60,201 nucleotides of DNA from Stellaceae bacterium (lineage in GTDB: Bacteria > Pseudomonadota > Alphaproteobacteria > ATCC43930 > CGMCC-115725). Below, one piece after another: positions 1 through 8,702 of this stretch; position 1 is the first letter of the stretch; every line of letters starts with the position of its first letter. The notes below the pieces were generated by a model. It made no database searches. It saw nothing but the letters and a program-made list of their open reading frames with translations, and was not told the DNA's origin. The stretch lies in assembly GCA_035263705.1 (NCBI GenBank), contig DATFRA010000285.1, positions 1-60,201 on the forward strand, written 5' to 3'. The position numbers were made by a program, and so were the translations under genes.

Positions 1-118
1 TTCACTTCGCCCCTTCGAGGGGTGCCAGTTCCTAGATCCGTGTCAGGTCGCTGAGCGGCGGCGCCCGAGGTTCACGCGCACCCTACGACGCCACAGCCGC
101 TCGGGCTCAGGCGAGGCA
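1..118. repeat. Direct repeat copy 1, 118 bp and identical to 916-1033. It may extend left of the window edge.
   Basis: Base-by-base comparison with 916-1033 shows identity over all 118 nt. It contains a copy of the last 3 codons plus stop of argF (tcaggcgaggca on the + strand). Confidence 0.9.
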
Positions 119-244
119 GATCGAGCGCTTGATGTCCACTATACCCCTGACAGCGGCGCAAAAGCGGATATCGCGGGACTTCCGCGATGTGCCAACTACG
201 GTCGCGCATGCTCACCAGGAAATGTAGCGGTGGCCGCATGGTGT

Positions 245-673
245 CTATTTCTCTCGCTCCCATATAATCCTGCGGAAATCAGTCTTGCCTGGGAACACGA
301 TGCTCGGCGCCGGCGCCGACTCTATGAACAGCTTATCGCCTTCGATTCTAAAATGACGCCTCTGCTCGGTGCCGTTCCAATCTTCGTTCCAAGAGACATC
401 GACGAGGGTGATGAAGTCGTTGCCTTCGACGCGGTATTTGCCGCTATACGCAAGCATCGACTTGTGCAACGCAGCCCGTTCGGTGTCGCCCTTTCCGCCT
501 CTGCGGTTATCGGCGGTCGTTATCACGATGCTGCGGCCCTCGCGCGTGAGGACTAGGTAGCCTTTCGGGTTCATTCCAAAGACGTTCTGCGGTGCCCGGT
601 TCTCGACAATCACCTGCCAAGAAACGAGCTTCCAGTTGCCCACGAGGCCGTTGGATTGCGCCGTGGATACCAT
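245..673 (-). CDS. Lipocalin-like domain protein (PF13924-type, about 142 aa)
   Basis: Translation contains LVGNWKLVSWQ...GYLVLTREGR...AYSGKYRVEGNDF...SWNEDWNGTEQRRHF..EGDKL, the pattern typical of bacterial lipocalin-like domain proteins. I chose the internal ATG at 673 because a GGAGG sits 5-6 nt upstream. The longer ORF to 799 has no such signal. The region is visibly less GC-rich than its flanks. Confidence 0.75.
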   Translation of the reverse strand: MVSTAQSNGLVGNWKLVSWQVIVENRAPQNVFGMNPKGYLVLTREGRSIVITTADNRRGGKGDTERAALHKSMLAYSGKYRVEGNDFITLVDVSWNEDWNGTEQRRHFRIEGDKLFIESAPAPSIVFPGKTDFRRIIWEREK

Positions 674-915
674 GGTCGCCTCCAGCTCCTGGCTCTGTAT
701 CGGGGCACCGAGGGTGCCATGAACCTTGGCCGCGGCCCGACAGCAAAATGGCCGTGCCGGTCCGAGTTGGTTGTGACGGTGGCGGAAGTCGCCTAGCAAT
801 GAGGCAGCACGCCAATCGAAATGTGCGCGCGATTTGACGGGGAATGTCTGGAAGGGGTCAGACTCGGCTTTTCCCGCTGTGTTGCCGGAATTCCCCTTCA
901 GCGCCCAGACCGGAC

Positions 916-1033
916 TTCACTTCGCCCCTTCGAGGGGTGCCAGTTCCTAGATCCGTGTCAGGTCGCTGAGCGGCGGCGCCCGAGGTTCACGCGCACCCTA
1001 CGACGCCACAGCCGCTCGGGCTCAGGCGAGGCA
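916..1033. repeat. Direct repeat copy 2 (118 bp), overlapping the real 3' end of argF
   Basis: Identical to 1-118. Identity ends 12 nt inside argF, after the stop plus the A, L and C codons. Confidence 0.9.
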
Positions 1034-1930
1034 CCACGCGAGAATGCCCTTCTGCGCGTGGAGGCGGTTCTCGGCTTCGTCCCAGACCACCGAGCGCGGG
1101 CCGTCGATGACCCCGGCGGTGACTTCCTCGCCGCGCTTCGCCGGGAGGCAGTGCATGAAGATCGCGTCGGGCTTGGCGCGCTCCATCAGCTTCTCGTCGA
1201 CCCGGTAGGGCGCCAGCAGGTTGTGGCGGTTGACGCTCGCCTCGACGCCCATGGAGACCCAGGTGTCCGTGACGACGCAGTCGGCGCCGGCGACCGCCTG
1301 CTCCGGCACCGAGGTCACCTCGACCCGGCCGCCCTCGGCGCGCGCCCAGTCGATGAGCCGCTGGGGCGGCTGCAGCGATTCCGGGCAGGCGATCCGCAGG
1401 TCGAAGTCGAAGCGCACGGCGGCATGCACCCAGCTCGCGGCCACGTTGTTGCCGTCGCCGCTCCAGGCCACGACCTTGCCGGCGGCCGTGCCTTTGTGCT
1501 GCTCGAGGGTCATCACGTCCGCCATCAGCTGACAGGGATGGCTCGTGTCGGTGAGACCGTTGATCACCGGCACCGTCGCGTAGTTCGCGAGCTCCTCGAG
1601 CTTCGAGGCCTGCGTCGTGCGGATCATGATGGCGTCGACGTAGCGCGACAGCACGCGCGCGGTGTCCGCCATGGTCTCGCCGCGCGAGAGCTGGCTGTCG
1701 GAGGCGCTGATGATCACGACGTCGCCGCCGAGCTGCTTCATCGCGAGCTCGAAGGAGATGCGCGTGCGCGTCGACGGCTTCTCGAAGATCATCGCCAGCG
1801 TCTTGCCGGCGAGCGGCCGCTCGCCGTTGCCCCGGCCGTTGCGCTTATAGCCCCAGCCGAGATCGAGGATGCGCCGGAGCTCCGGCGCATCGAGCCGGTC
1901 GAGATCGAGGAAGTGCCGCGGCGCGGCCAT
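1022..1930 (-). CDS. argF: Ornithine carbamoyltransferase
   Basis: 302 aa with [13 protein letters not shown] and HCLP motifs of the OTCase family. It lies directly downstream of argD. Confidence 0.95.
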   Translation of the reverse strand: MAAPRHFLDLDRLDAPELRRILDLGWGYKRNGRGNGERPLAGKTLAMIFEKPSTRTRISFELAMKQLGGDVVIISASDSQLSRGETMADTARVLSRYVDAIMIRTTQASKLEELANYATVPVINGLTDTSHPCQLMADVMTLEQHKGTAAGKVVAWSGDGNNVAASWVHAAVRFDFDLRIACPESLQPPQRLIDWARAEGGRVEVTSVPEQAVAGADCVVTDTWVSMGVEASVNRHNLLAPYRVDEKLMERAKPDAIFMHCLPAKRGEEVTAGVIDGPRSVVWDEAENRLHAQKGILAWCLA

Positions 1931-1940
1931 CGCTCATCCC

Positions 1941-3113
1941 TCAGCGCTTCCACTCGCGCGCGACGGCGTCGAGATAGCCGATGGCCTCGTCGATCTGCTT
2001 TTCCTCCGCGATGAGCGGCGGCAGCAGCCGGATCACGTTGTCGCCGGCCGTCGCCGTCACCATGCCCGCCGCGCGCAGCTTGTCGCAGACCTCGGTGCTC
2101 GGTACCTCGCAACGGAGCCCCGCGAGCAGACCCTTGCCGCGCGCCTCGACATAGATGCCGGGATGCTTGTCGACGAGGCCCTGCAGTAGCCCGTGGAAAT
2201 ACTTGCTGACGCGCCGCACCTGCTCGAGGAATTTCGGATCGAGCATGAGGTCGAGCACGGCGTTGCCGAGGTGCATGGCGAGCGGGTTGCCGCCGAAGGT
2301 CGAGCCGTGGCTTCCGGCCTTCATGCCCTGGGCGGCCTTCTCGGTCGCGAGACACGCACCCACGGGGAAGCCGCCGCCCAGCGCCTTCGCCACCGTCATG
2401 ACATCTGGCTTCACGTCCGGCCACTCGTGGGCGAAGAGCTTGCCGGTGCGGCCCATGCCGCACTGGATCTCGTCGAACACCAGCAGCAGCCCGTATTCGT
2501 CGCAGACCTCGCGGAGCTGGCGCATATACTGGTCGGAGCCCGCGCGCACGCCGCCCTCGCCCTGCACGGGCTCGACCAGGATCGCCGCGGTCTCGCCGGT
2601 GATCTTGGCGCGGAGCTCGTTCATGTTCTCGAACGGCACGTGGTCGAAGCCGTCGACCATGGGCTCGAAGCCCTTCAGGTATTTCTCGTTGCCGGCGGCG
2701 GCGAGCGTCGCCAGCGTACGGCCGTGGAACGAGCCGTGGCAGCCGATGATGCGGTACTTGCCGGGGTTGCCGGTCTCGTCGTGGTACTTGCGCACCATCT
2801 TGATCGCGAGCTCCACCGCCTCGGCGCCGGAGTTCCCGAAGAACACCGTGTCGGCGAAGGTGTTGGCGACCAGGCGCTCGCCCAGGCGCTGCTGCTCCGG
2901 GATCTGGAACAGGTTCGAGGTGTGCCAGAGCTTCTGGCCCTGCTCGATGAGCGCCTTCACGAGATAGGGGTGGCAATGGCCCAAGCCGGTGACCGCGATG
3001 CCGCTCGCGAAATCGAGGTACTTGCGGCCGTTGGTGGCGAAGAGGTAAGCGCCCTCGCCCCGCTCGAACGCCAGTTCGTTCCGGGCATAGGTCGGCAATA
3101 AGGCTGGAATCAC
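1941..3113 (-). CDS. argD: Acetylornithine aminotransferase (class III PLP aminotransferase)
   Basis: 390 aa with the class III aminotransferase pattern (GNSGAEAVE, DEIQCGMGRTG, TFGGNPLA). It forms an operon with argF. Confidence 0.9.
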   Translation of the reverse strand: MIPALLPTYARNELAFERGEGAYLFATNGRKYLDFASGIAVTGLGHCHPYLVKALIEQGQKLWHTSNLFQIPEQQRLGERLVANTFADTVFFGNSGAEAVELAIKMVRKYHDETGNPGKYRIIGCHGSFHGRTLATLAAAGNEKYLKGFEPMVDGFDHVPFENMNELRAKITGETAAILVEPVQGEGGVRAGSDQYMRQLREVCDEYGLLLVFDEIQCGMGRTGKLFAHEWPDVKPDVMTVAKALGGGFPVGACLATEKAAQGMKAGSHGSTFGGNPLAMHLGNAVLDLMLDPKFLEQVRRVSKYFHGLLQGLVDKHPGIYVEARGKGLLAGLRCEVPSTEVCDKLRAAGMVTATAGDNVIRLLPPLIAEEKQIDEAIGYLDAVAREWKR

Positions 3114-3368
3114 GGGACTGTCTCCTGCGCGAAAGAAAGGTGAAAGGAAGGGTAAAGCCTAGCGATGACGGTTTATCGTCGTCGCTGCCGCTCGCTTCCG
3201 CTCTTCACCGGGAGCCGGCGCTGCCGGCTCGTTTCGCGCGTCATGTCCTCACCGCTCCGTTTCCCGGGCATCCAGGAAAGCCGGTGAGTATGGAGATGGG
3301 GCCTACCCATGTCAACTCGCGCCGCACGCCATTTGCGTCTGGGCGCGAGAAACCCCCGGTTTTCGGGC

Positions 3369-4670
3369 TCATTTGAGGGGTCGGTTATACGTCTCCGGGA
3401 TCGCGATCATGGTGATGAGCGAGGCGATCGCGGCCGCGATCACATAGAAGCTCGGCGCAAGCGGATTGCCCGTGGCTCCGATAAGATAGGTGGCGATCGT
3501 CGGCGCAAACCCGCCGAAGATCGCGACCGCGATGTTGTAGCCTGTCGACAAGGTGACATAGCGCACCTTCGTGGGAAAGATCTCCGCGATCGCGGCCGGC
3601 CCCGCGCCGCTGTAGAACGCCAGCGGAATGGCCCACAACAACTGGTTCAGGACGACCGCCCAGAACTGATGCACGGCGACGATGAACGAGAACATCGGAT
3701 AGATGCCGACGGCGAACAGCACGCAGGCGGCAATCAGGAGAGGGCGGCGCCCAACGCGATCGGAGAGCGCGCCAAAGACGGGGATCAGTGCCGCCAGCAG
3801 GATAAGCCCCAGCAGGGTCGCGAACAGCGATTGCGAGTAGGGCAGGCTCAGCTGGTTGCGCATGTACGTCGGCATGTACGTCAGCACGATATAGAACCCG
3901 ACGGTCCACAGCAGCGTGAAGCCGAAGGCCGTGAAGGTTTCCTTGGGGTACCGCTCCAGCATCTCCAGGAACGGGGTCTTCGCCACTTCCTGCTTGCGCT
4001 CGATCTCCGCGTATTTCGGCGTCTCCTCGACCTTCGATCGCAGGTAGACGCCGACCGGCGCGATCACGATGCCGAACAGGAACGGCAGGCGCCATGCCCA
4101 ATCGAGCATCTGCTGATCGGTGAACGCGACCGTCAGCAGCCACGCAACCAAGGAGCCGAGCACGAGCCCGCCCACCGTGGTCACCTGCTGGAAGCTGCCG
4201 ATGAAGCCGCGCTGTCCGGCGGGCGCATACTCGACGAGGAAGGCGGTCGAGCCGCCCCATTCGCCGCCCGCCGAGAACCCCTGGATCAACCGCGCAAGGG
4301 TCAGGAGCACGGCAGCGGAGACGCCCGCCGTTTGGTAGGTCGGAAGGATACCGATCAGGACAGTGCCGACGGCCATCGCCATCACGGTGAAGATGAGCGC
4401 GTTCTTGCGGCCATGCTTGTCGCCGAAATGGCCGATCACGATGGCGCCCACCGGCCGCATGAAGAACCCGACACCAAAGATGCTGAACGACAGCAGGAGC
4501 TGCGTGGTGCCATCGGTGCTGGCGAAGAACAGCTTCCCGATCGTGCCCGCGAGGTAGCCGTAGACCGAGAAATCGTACCACTCGAGCAGATTGCCGATCG
4601 CCGCGCCGCTCACGGCACGCTTGGTCATCGGCGCTGCGACGACGTGCGAACCCGCGACTCCCCCGACCAT
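3369..4670 (-). CDS. MFS transporter, metabolite:H+ symporter (ProP/MHS-like) family
   Basis: 12-TM-like sequence with LEWYDFSVYGY and GHFGDKHGRK motifs typical of the MHS subfamily. Start placed at the ATG at 4670, which is preceded by GGAGGGG. The ORF extends to 4700. Confidence 0.85.
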   Translation of the reverse strand: MVGGVAGSHVVAAPMTKRAVSGAAIGNLLEWYDFSVYGYLAGTIGKLFFASTDGTTQLLLSFSIFGVGFFMRPVGAIVIGHFGDKHGRKNALIFTVMAMAVGTVLIGILPTYQTAGVSAAVLLTLARLIQGFSAGGEWGGSTAFLVEYAPAGQRGFIGSFQQVTTVGGLVLGSLVAWLLTVAFTDQQMLDWAWRLPFLFGIVIAPVGVYLRSKVEETPKYAEIERKQEVAKTPFLEMLERYPKETFTAFGFTLLWTVGFYIVLTYMPTYMRNQLSLPYSQSLFATLLGLILLAALIPVFGALSDRVGRRPLLIAACVLFAVGIYPMFSFIVAVHQFWAVVLNQLLWAIPLAFYSGAGPAAIAEIFPTKVRYVTLSTGYNIAVAIFGGFAPTIATYLIGATGNPLAPSFYVIAAAIASLITMIAIPETYNRPLK

Positions 4671-4742
4671 GGTCCCCTCCACTGGTCCGTCCCGGATCAA
4701 TTAACTTCGCACGGCACTATTTCGGGGGCAATGCGGGCATCC

Positions 4743-4861
4743 TGCGTCCTTCGACTCGCCCGCTACCGCGGGCGGCTCAGGATGAGGTAATTGATTGATG
4801 GCACGAAGAGAATCACCTCATCCTGAGCCGCGATGCGCAGTATCGCGAGTCGAAGGACGCA
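4743..4861. repeat. Nested-palindrome intergenic element, type 1, copy A
   Basis: Outer inverted repeat tgcgtccttcgactc / gagtcgaaggacgca. Inner inverted repeat ggctcaggatgagg / cctcatcctgagcc. Each arm carries its own small hairpin, and the apical loop contains ggcacgaagagaa. Confidence 0.85.
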
Positions 4862-4920
4862 CGGACTTGTCGAAGAAGGCGTGGCTCTCAGGCCGCATCG
4901 GCCCCCCATTCAGTGACGCC

Positions 4921-5736
4921 TCACGCCTTGAGCTTGTAGCCCGTCACGAAGAGGCGATGGCACCAGGCCAGCAGCAGCAGGTCGATCCCGGCCATGAGGG
5001 TGACGCCCGCCACGAGCGAGCCTTCGGCCGTGCCCGTGAAACCGTAGCGGAACCCGTCGATCATGTAGAAGAACGGGTTCAGATGCGCGACGAGCCGCCA
5101 GGACTCCGGCAGCTGTGCCACCGAGTAGAAGGTGCCGGAGAGGAAGGTGAGCGGCGTCACGATGAAGTTGGTGACCGCCGCCAGGTGGTCGAACTTGTCG
5201 GCCCAGAGTCCGCCCAGAATGCCGAGCAGCGACATCATCACCGACCCGGCGATGCTGTAGTAGAGGATGGCTGCGACCGAGCTCAGATGGAGGGCGGCGA
5301 GCGGCGCCAGCACCACTCCCACCGCGAAGCCCACCACGACCCCGCGGGTGGCGCCGCCCAGCGTCAGAGCGAGCACCAGCTCGGCCGGGCTCAGCGGCGG
5401 CGTCAGCAGGTCGACGATATTGCCTTGCATCTTCCCGATCACCAGCGATGACGAGGTGTTCGCAAAGGCGTTCTGCGTGATCGCCATCATGACGAGGCCG
5501 GGTACCAGAAACTCGACGTAGGGCACGCCCGCGATCTGCCGCCCGCCGCCGCCGAGCGCCAGGAGGAAGATCGCGAGGAAGAGCAGCGTGGTCACCACCG
5601 GCGCCGCCACCGACTGCATGACCACCTTGAGGAACCGCCGGACCTCCTTGGCGTAGAGCGTCCAGAACCCGATCCAGTTGACGGTCCCGAACGAGCGCAG
5701 CCGCGGCGGACCCGCGAGGAGTGGGGCTTGAGACAT
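4921..5736 (-). CDS. ABC-2 type transporter permease (YadH/NodJ-like)
   Basis: 271 aa polytopic membrane protein with the ABC-2 permease pattern. No adjacent ATPase gene is present. Confidence 0.8.
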   Translation of the reverse strand: MSQAPLLAGPPRLRSFGTVNWIGFWTLYAKEVRRFLKVVMQSVAAPVVTTLLFLAIFLLALGGGGRQIAGVPYVEFLVPGLVMMAITQNAFANTSSSLVIGKMQGNIVDLLTPPLSPAELVLALTLGGATRGVVVGFAVGVVLAPLAALHLSSVAAILYYSIAGSVMMSLLGILGGLWADKFDHLAAVTNFIVTPLTFLSGTFYSVAQLPESWRLVAHLNPFFYMIDGFRYGFTGTAEGSLVAGVTLMAGIDLLLLAWCHRLFVTGYKLKA

Positions 5737-5785
5737 GGGCGCGGAGGATAGGCGGGGCAGCCGACCCTCGACAAGGCCGACGGGC

Positions 5786-5905
5786 TGCGTCCTTGGACGC
5801 GCTCCCCTTCGACAAGCTCAGGGTCGCTTGCTCAGGATGAGGGTCTTTCTGGGTTCCGGACCGATGCCCCTCATCCCGAGCAAGCGAAGCGCGTCGAAGG
5901 ACGCA
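5786..5905. repeat. Nested-palindrome intergenic element, type 1, copy B (more divergent)
   Basis: Has tgcgtcctt...gcttgctcaggatgaggg / cccctcatcccgagcaagc...gcgtcgaaggacgca, the same outer and inner inverted-repeat words as copy A. Confidence 0.75.
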
Positions 5906-5911
5906 CGGCCG

Positions 5912-6535
5912 ATGGATCGTTTGCCAACCGGGCGATCGCCGCATCACGATGCGGCCATGGCACCCCGTCCGTCCCGCCGTCCACCGGCGATCACCGACTC
6001 CGTGCTGGAGAAGGCGGCGCTGTTCTATCTTGAGCGCTACGCCGCCTCGAGCGGCCAGCTCCGCCGCGTGCTGTTGCGCCGGGTCAAGCGCGCGACGATG
6101 CTGGGCGCCGAGGCCGACCAAATTGAGGCCGCCCGGCGCCATATCGAGGCCCTGATCGAGCGCTTCCTCGCCTCGGGCCTCCTCGACGACCGCCGCTTCG
6201 CCGAGGCGCAGGCGCAAAGCCTGCGGCGCCGCGGTGCCTCGCGCAGGCGCATCCGCGAGCGCCTCGCCGCCAAGGGCGTCGATCGCGGCCAGGTGGAAGA
6301 CGCGCTCGAGACCATGGAGCCCGAGGGCGAGACCAGCGAGCTCGCCGCCGCCTGCGTCCTGGTGCGGCGCCGCCGGCTCGGCCCCTATCGCGCCGCCGGC
6401 ACGCGCCGGGAGTTTCGCCAGAAGGATCTCGCGACCCTTGCCCGCGCCGGCTTTTCCCTCGATGTGGCTCGGACGGTGCTCGCCGCCCGCGATCCCCCGG
6501 CGCTCGAGCGCCTCATGCGCGGCGACGAGGACTGA
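5912..6535 (+). CDS. recX: Recombination regulator RecX
   Basis: Three-repeat helical RecX pattern (LERYAASSGQLRRVL..., FLASGLLDDRRFAE, ..RIRERLAAKGV...). The ORF begins at 5735 but that extension runs through repeat B. Start set at ATG 5912, with 5957 as an alternative. Confidence 0.8.
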   Translation: MDRLPTGRSPHHDAAMAPRPSRRPPAITDSVLEKAALFYLERYAASSGQLRRVLLRRVKRATMLGAEADQIEAARRHIEALIERFLASGLLDDRRFAEAQAQSLRRRGASRRRIRERLAAKGVDRGQVEDALETMEPEGETSELAAACVLVRRRRLGPYRAAGTRREFRQKDLATLARAGFSLDVARTVLAARDPPALERLMRGDED

Positions 6536-6541
6536 CGCGGG

Positions 6542-7165
6542 TCAGTGCCGCTCCGCCTCGCGTTTCGCCATGAGGTCGGCGAGGTCGGTGTTCCCCTGGG
6601 CACGGAGCCCGGCGATGACGCGGGTGCGGTCGGTGGCGTCGCGGTTCTGGCTGAGTTTGAACTTGCCCTCGAGACGGGTCACGCGGATGGCGAAACCGGA
6701 GATGCCGCGCAGCATGCCCTGGCGGTACTTTTCCGGCTGCTCGGCGAGACGCCAGGGCGCCTCCGCGCCAGCCTCGTGATGATCGGCGAGCCGCGCCACC
6801 AGCCGCTCGAGCGCGGTCACGTCCTCGATTGGCTCCACAGTGCCGTAGGCGTGCACGATGCTGTAATTCCAGGTCGGCACTGCCGGGTGGGTCGCGTACC
6901 AGCGCGGCGTGATGTAGCCATGCGGCCCCTCGAAGATCGCGAGCGCCTCGCGCCCGGCGCCGAGGTCCTTGAGCTGCGGATTGCCTCGGGCGAGATGCGC
7001 CCAGAGCGTGCCGTGCGGACCGTCCTCGACGTCGTAGAGGAAGGGGATGTGGCTCGCGATCACGCCGCCGCCCGAAGTGACCAGGATGCCGAAGTTATGG
7101 TCCCGGATGAAGTCGGCGAGCACCTCTCGCCGAGGCTCGGCGAAGTGACTGGGTATGTAGACCAT
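6542..7165 (-). CDS. FMN-binding negative transcriptional regulator, PaiB family
   Basis: MVYIPSHF...HNFG.LV...SHIPF...GKFKLSQNR pattern of the PaiB family. ATG at 7165 is preceded by GGAGAG. Confidence 0.8.
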   Translation of the reverse strand: MVYIPSHFAEPRREVLADFIRDHNFGILVTSGGGVIASHIPFLYDVEDGPHGTLWAHLARGNPQLKDLGAGREALAIFEGPHGYITPRWYATHPAVPTWNYSIVHAYGTVEPIEDVTALERLVARLADHHEAGAEAPWRLAEQPEKYRQGMLRGISGFAIRVTRLEGKFKLSQNRDATDRTRVIAGLRAQGNTDLADLMAKREAERH

Positions 7166-7219
7166 GGCTCTCTCCCGGGACGTCACGCGGCGCGATTGGA
7201 GGGTGCGATGCCGGTCTCG

Positions 7220-7876
7220 TCAACCGAACTGTAGAGGCATGCCCGCGGCGTTAAGGGCAACGCTCGCGAGGAGACCGACGCCCGACGCAATGAGCACCGT
7301 GCCGGAGACCCGGTCCACCCAGGCGAAATGCTCCATGTGCGCGAAACGCCGCAAGGCGGCGATGCCGAAGCAGAGGCCGAGCCACCACACCAGCGAGCCC
7401 GCGAACACGCCGCCCACGAGAATCCAGACCAGCACCAGGCTCACCGTGCCGTCGTAGTCGAAGCCCACCTTCGCGAAGATCGCGGCGAAGGCGAGGATGG
7501 TGATGGGGTTGGTGATCGTGAGCGCGAAGGTCGAGGCGAAGGCGGCCGCGAGCTTCTCGCCCTTGAGGGGCTGCGGGTCGGCGTTGCTCCGGCTCTTGAA
7601 TGCGCGGGCGCCCACGCCCAGGAGATAGACGCCGCCGAGCGCGCCCAGGAATTCTTGGTAGCCCAGCAGCCAGTCGCGCACCACGGTGAGGCCGAGACCC
7701 GCGATGATGCCGAAGATCACGTCGGCGACCGCCGCCCCAAGCCCCGAGACGATGCCGAAGCGCGCGCCCTCGAAGAAGGTGCGGCGCACGCAGAGGACAC
7801 CCACCGGCCCCGCGGGCACGGCGATCACCATGCCGACGAAGAGGCCTTTGATGAGGTAGAGCAGGGTTGCTGGCAA
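7220..7876 (-). CDS. LysE/RhtB family amino-acid efflux protein
   Basis: 218 aa, 6-TM, with the N-terminal G.....PGP motif region typical of the LysE family. Confidence 0.8.
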   Translation of the reverse strand: MPATLLYLIKGLFVGMVIAVPAGPVGVLCVRRTFFEGARFGIVSGLGAAVADVIFGIIAGLGLTVVRDWLLGYQEFLGALGGVYLLGVGARAFKSRSNADPQPLKGEKLAAAFASTFALTITNPITILAFAAIFAKVGFDYDGTVSLVLVWILVGGVFAGSLVWWLGLCFGIAALRRFAHMEHFAWVDRVSGTVLIASGVGLLASVALNAAGMPLQFG

Positions 7877-8033
7877 AGGGCGTGGCGAGCCGAATGGCGG
7901 TGGGAGCGCCAGTCATGCCCTCTCCTCCGAGGCGACGCAACCCGAGAATGCCGGCGCTCACGAGAAAATGCGGCTGCGCGGGCGCTGGCGAGTACCTATG
8001 TTGGAGGGATCGAACCACGTGAGGACCGCTCGC

Positions 8034-8702
8034 ATGGCGGAGGAGAAACCCGGCGCGCTGGACCAGACGCGTCCGAAACTGGTGGAGAGCAAGCAGCGCT
8101 GGGCGCGCGAGGGCCGGTTGCTGACCGGTCGCCACGCGCGGCCCGAGGCCGAGCGGCTGCCGCCGGGCCAGCGCGAGGTCAAGGACTGGCCCGTGCTCGA
8201 TCTCGGCGTTCAGCCCGACGTCCCGCTCGAGCGCTGGCAGCTCAGCGTCGACGGGCTCGTCGAGAACCCGATCGTCTGGGATTGGGCGACCTTTCGCGCC
8301 CAGCCGCAGACGCGCGACACCTCTGACATCCACTGCGTCACGCAATGGTCGCGCTACGACAACGCCTGGGAAGGCGTCTCGGCACGGCATCTGCTGCAGG
8401 TGGTGCGGGCCAAGCCCGAGGCCAAGTTCCTGACCTTCACGAGCTACGACGACTACACGACGAACCTTCCGCTCGCCGATTTTGACGACGACGACGTGCT
8501 GCTCGCCCATTCCTGGCAGGGCAAGCCGATCCCCCGCGAGCACGGCGGACCCGTACGAGCGGTGGTGCCGAAGCTCTATTTCTGGAAGAGCGCGAAATGG
8601 CTTCGGCGGATCACCTTCATGGCCGAGGACAGGGCCGGTTTCTGGGAAGTGCGCGGCTACCACATGCGCGGCGATCCCTGGACGGAGGAGCGTTATGGCT
8701 GA
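8034..8702 (+). CDS. Sulfite oxidase-like molybdopterin oxidoreductase (small, catalytic domain only)
   Basis: DIHCVTQWSR...GKPIPREHGGPVRAVVPKLYFWKSAKWL matches the Moco-binding oxidoreductase fold pattern. Start at ATG 8034; the ORF opens at 7968. Confidence 0.75.
   Translation: MAEEKPGALDQTRPKLVESKQRWAREGRLLTGRHARPEAERLPPGQREVKDWPVLDLGVQPDVPLERWQLSVDGLVENPIVWDWATFRAQPQTRDTSDIHCVTQWSRYDNAWEGVSARHLLQVVRAKPEAKFLTFTSYDDYTTNLPLADFDDDDVLLAHSWQGKPIPREHGGPVRAVVPKLYFWKSAKWLRRITFMAEDRAGFWEVRGYHMRGDPWTEERYG

Noticed and set aside
230-556. ORF 230..556 (+) and ORF 369..560 (+), opposite the lipocalin-like gene
   Set aside because: They have no motifs or RBS. The minus-strand frame has a clear family pattern and a strong SD.
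821-2014. Long ORFs antisense or out of frame to confident genes. Examples are 821..2014 (+), 1789..2976 (-), 2193..3101 (+), 3309..4790 (+), 7251..8735 (-), 10411..11961 (-), 14682..15899 (-), 24202..25698 (-), 34335..35795 (-), 42578..43837 (-), 47804..49390 (-), 53389..55560 (-) and 58017..59906 (-).
   Set aside because: Their translations are Arg/Ala/Gly/Pro-rich low-complexity strings with no motifs. They overlap genes whose products have clear family signatures. Stop-codon scarcity in high-GC DNA routinely produces such shadow ORFs.
3114-3368. 255-bp argD upstream / MFS downstream spacer: possible regulatory RNA or small ORF (3140..3376)
   Set aside because: Only a weak imperfect hairpin (about 3163-3188) is visible. 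I recognise no riboswitch core sequence, and the ORF has no RBS or motif. The evidence is insufficient to call anything.
5735-5911. N-terminal extension of recX (ORF starts at 5735)
   Set aside because: The extension is read straight through palindromic element copy B (translation ...LLRMRVFLGSGPMPLIPSKRSASKDARP). RecX homology only begins after about 5957. The internal ATG at 5912 gives a normal-length RecX.
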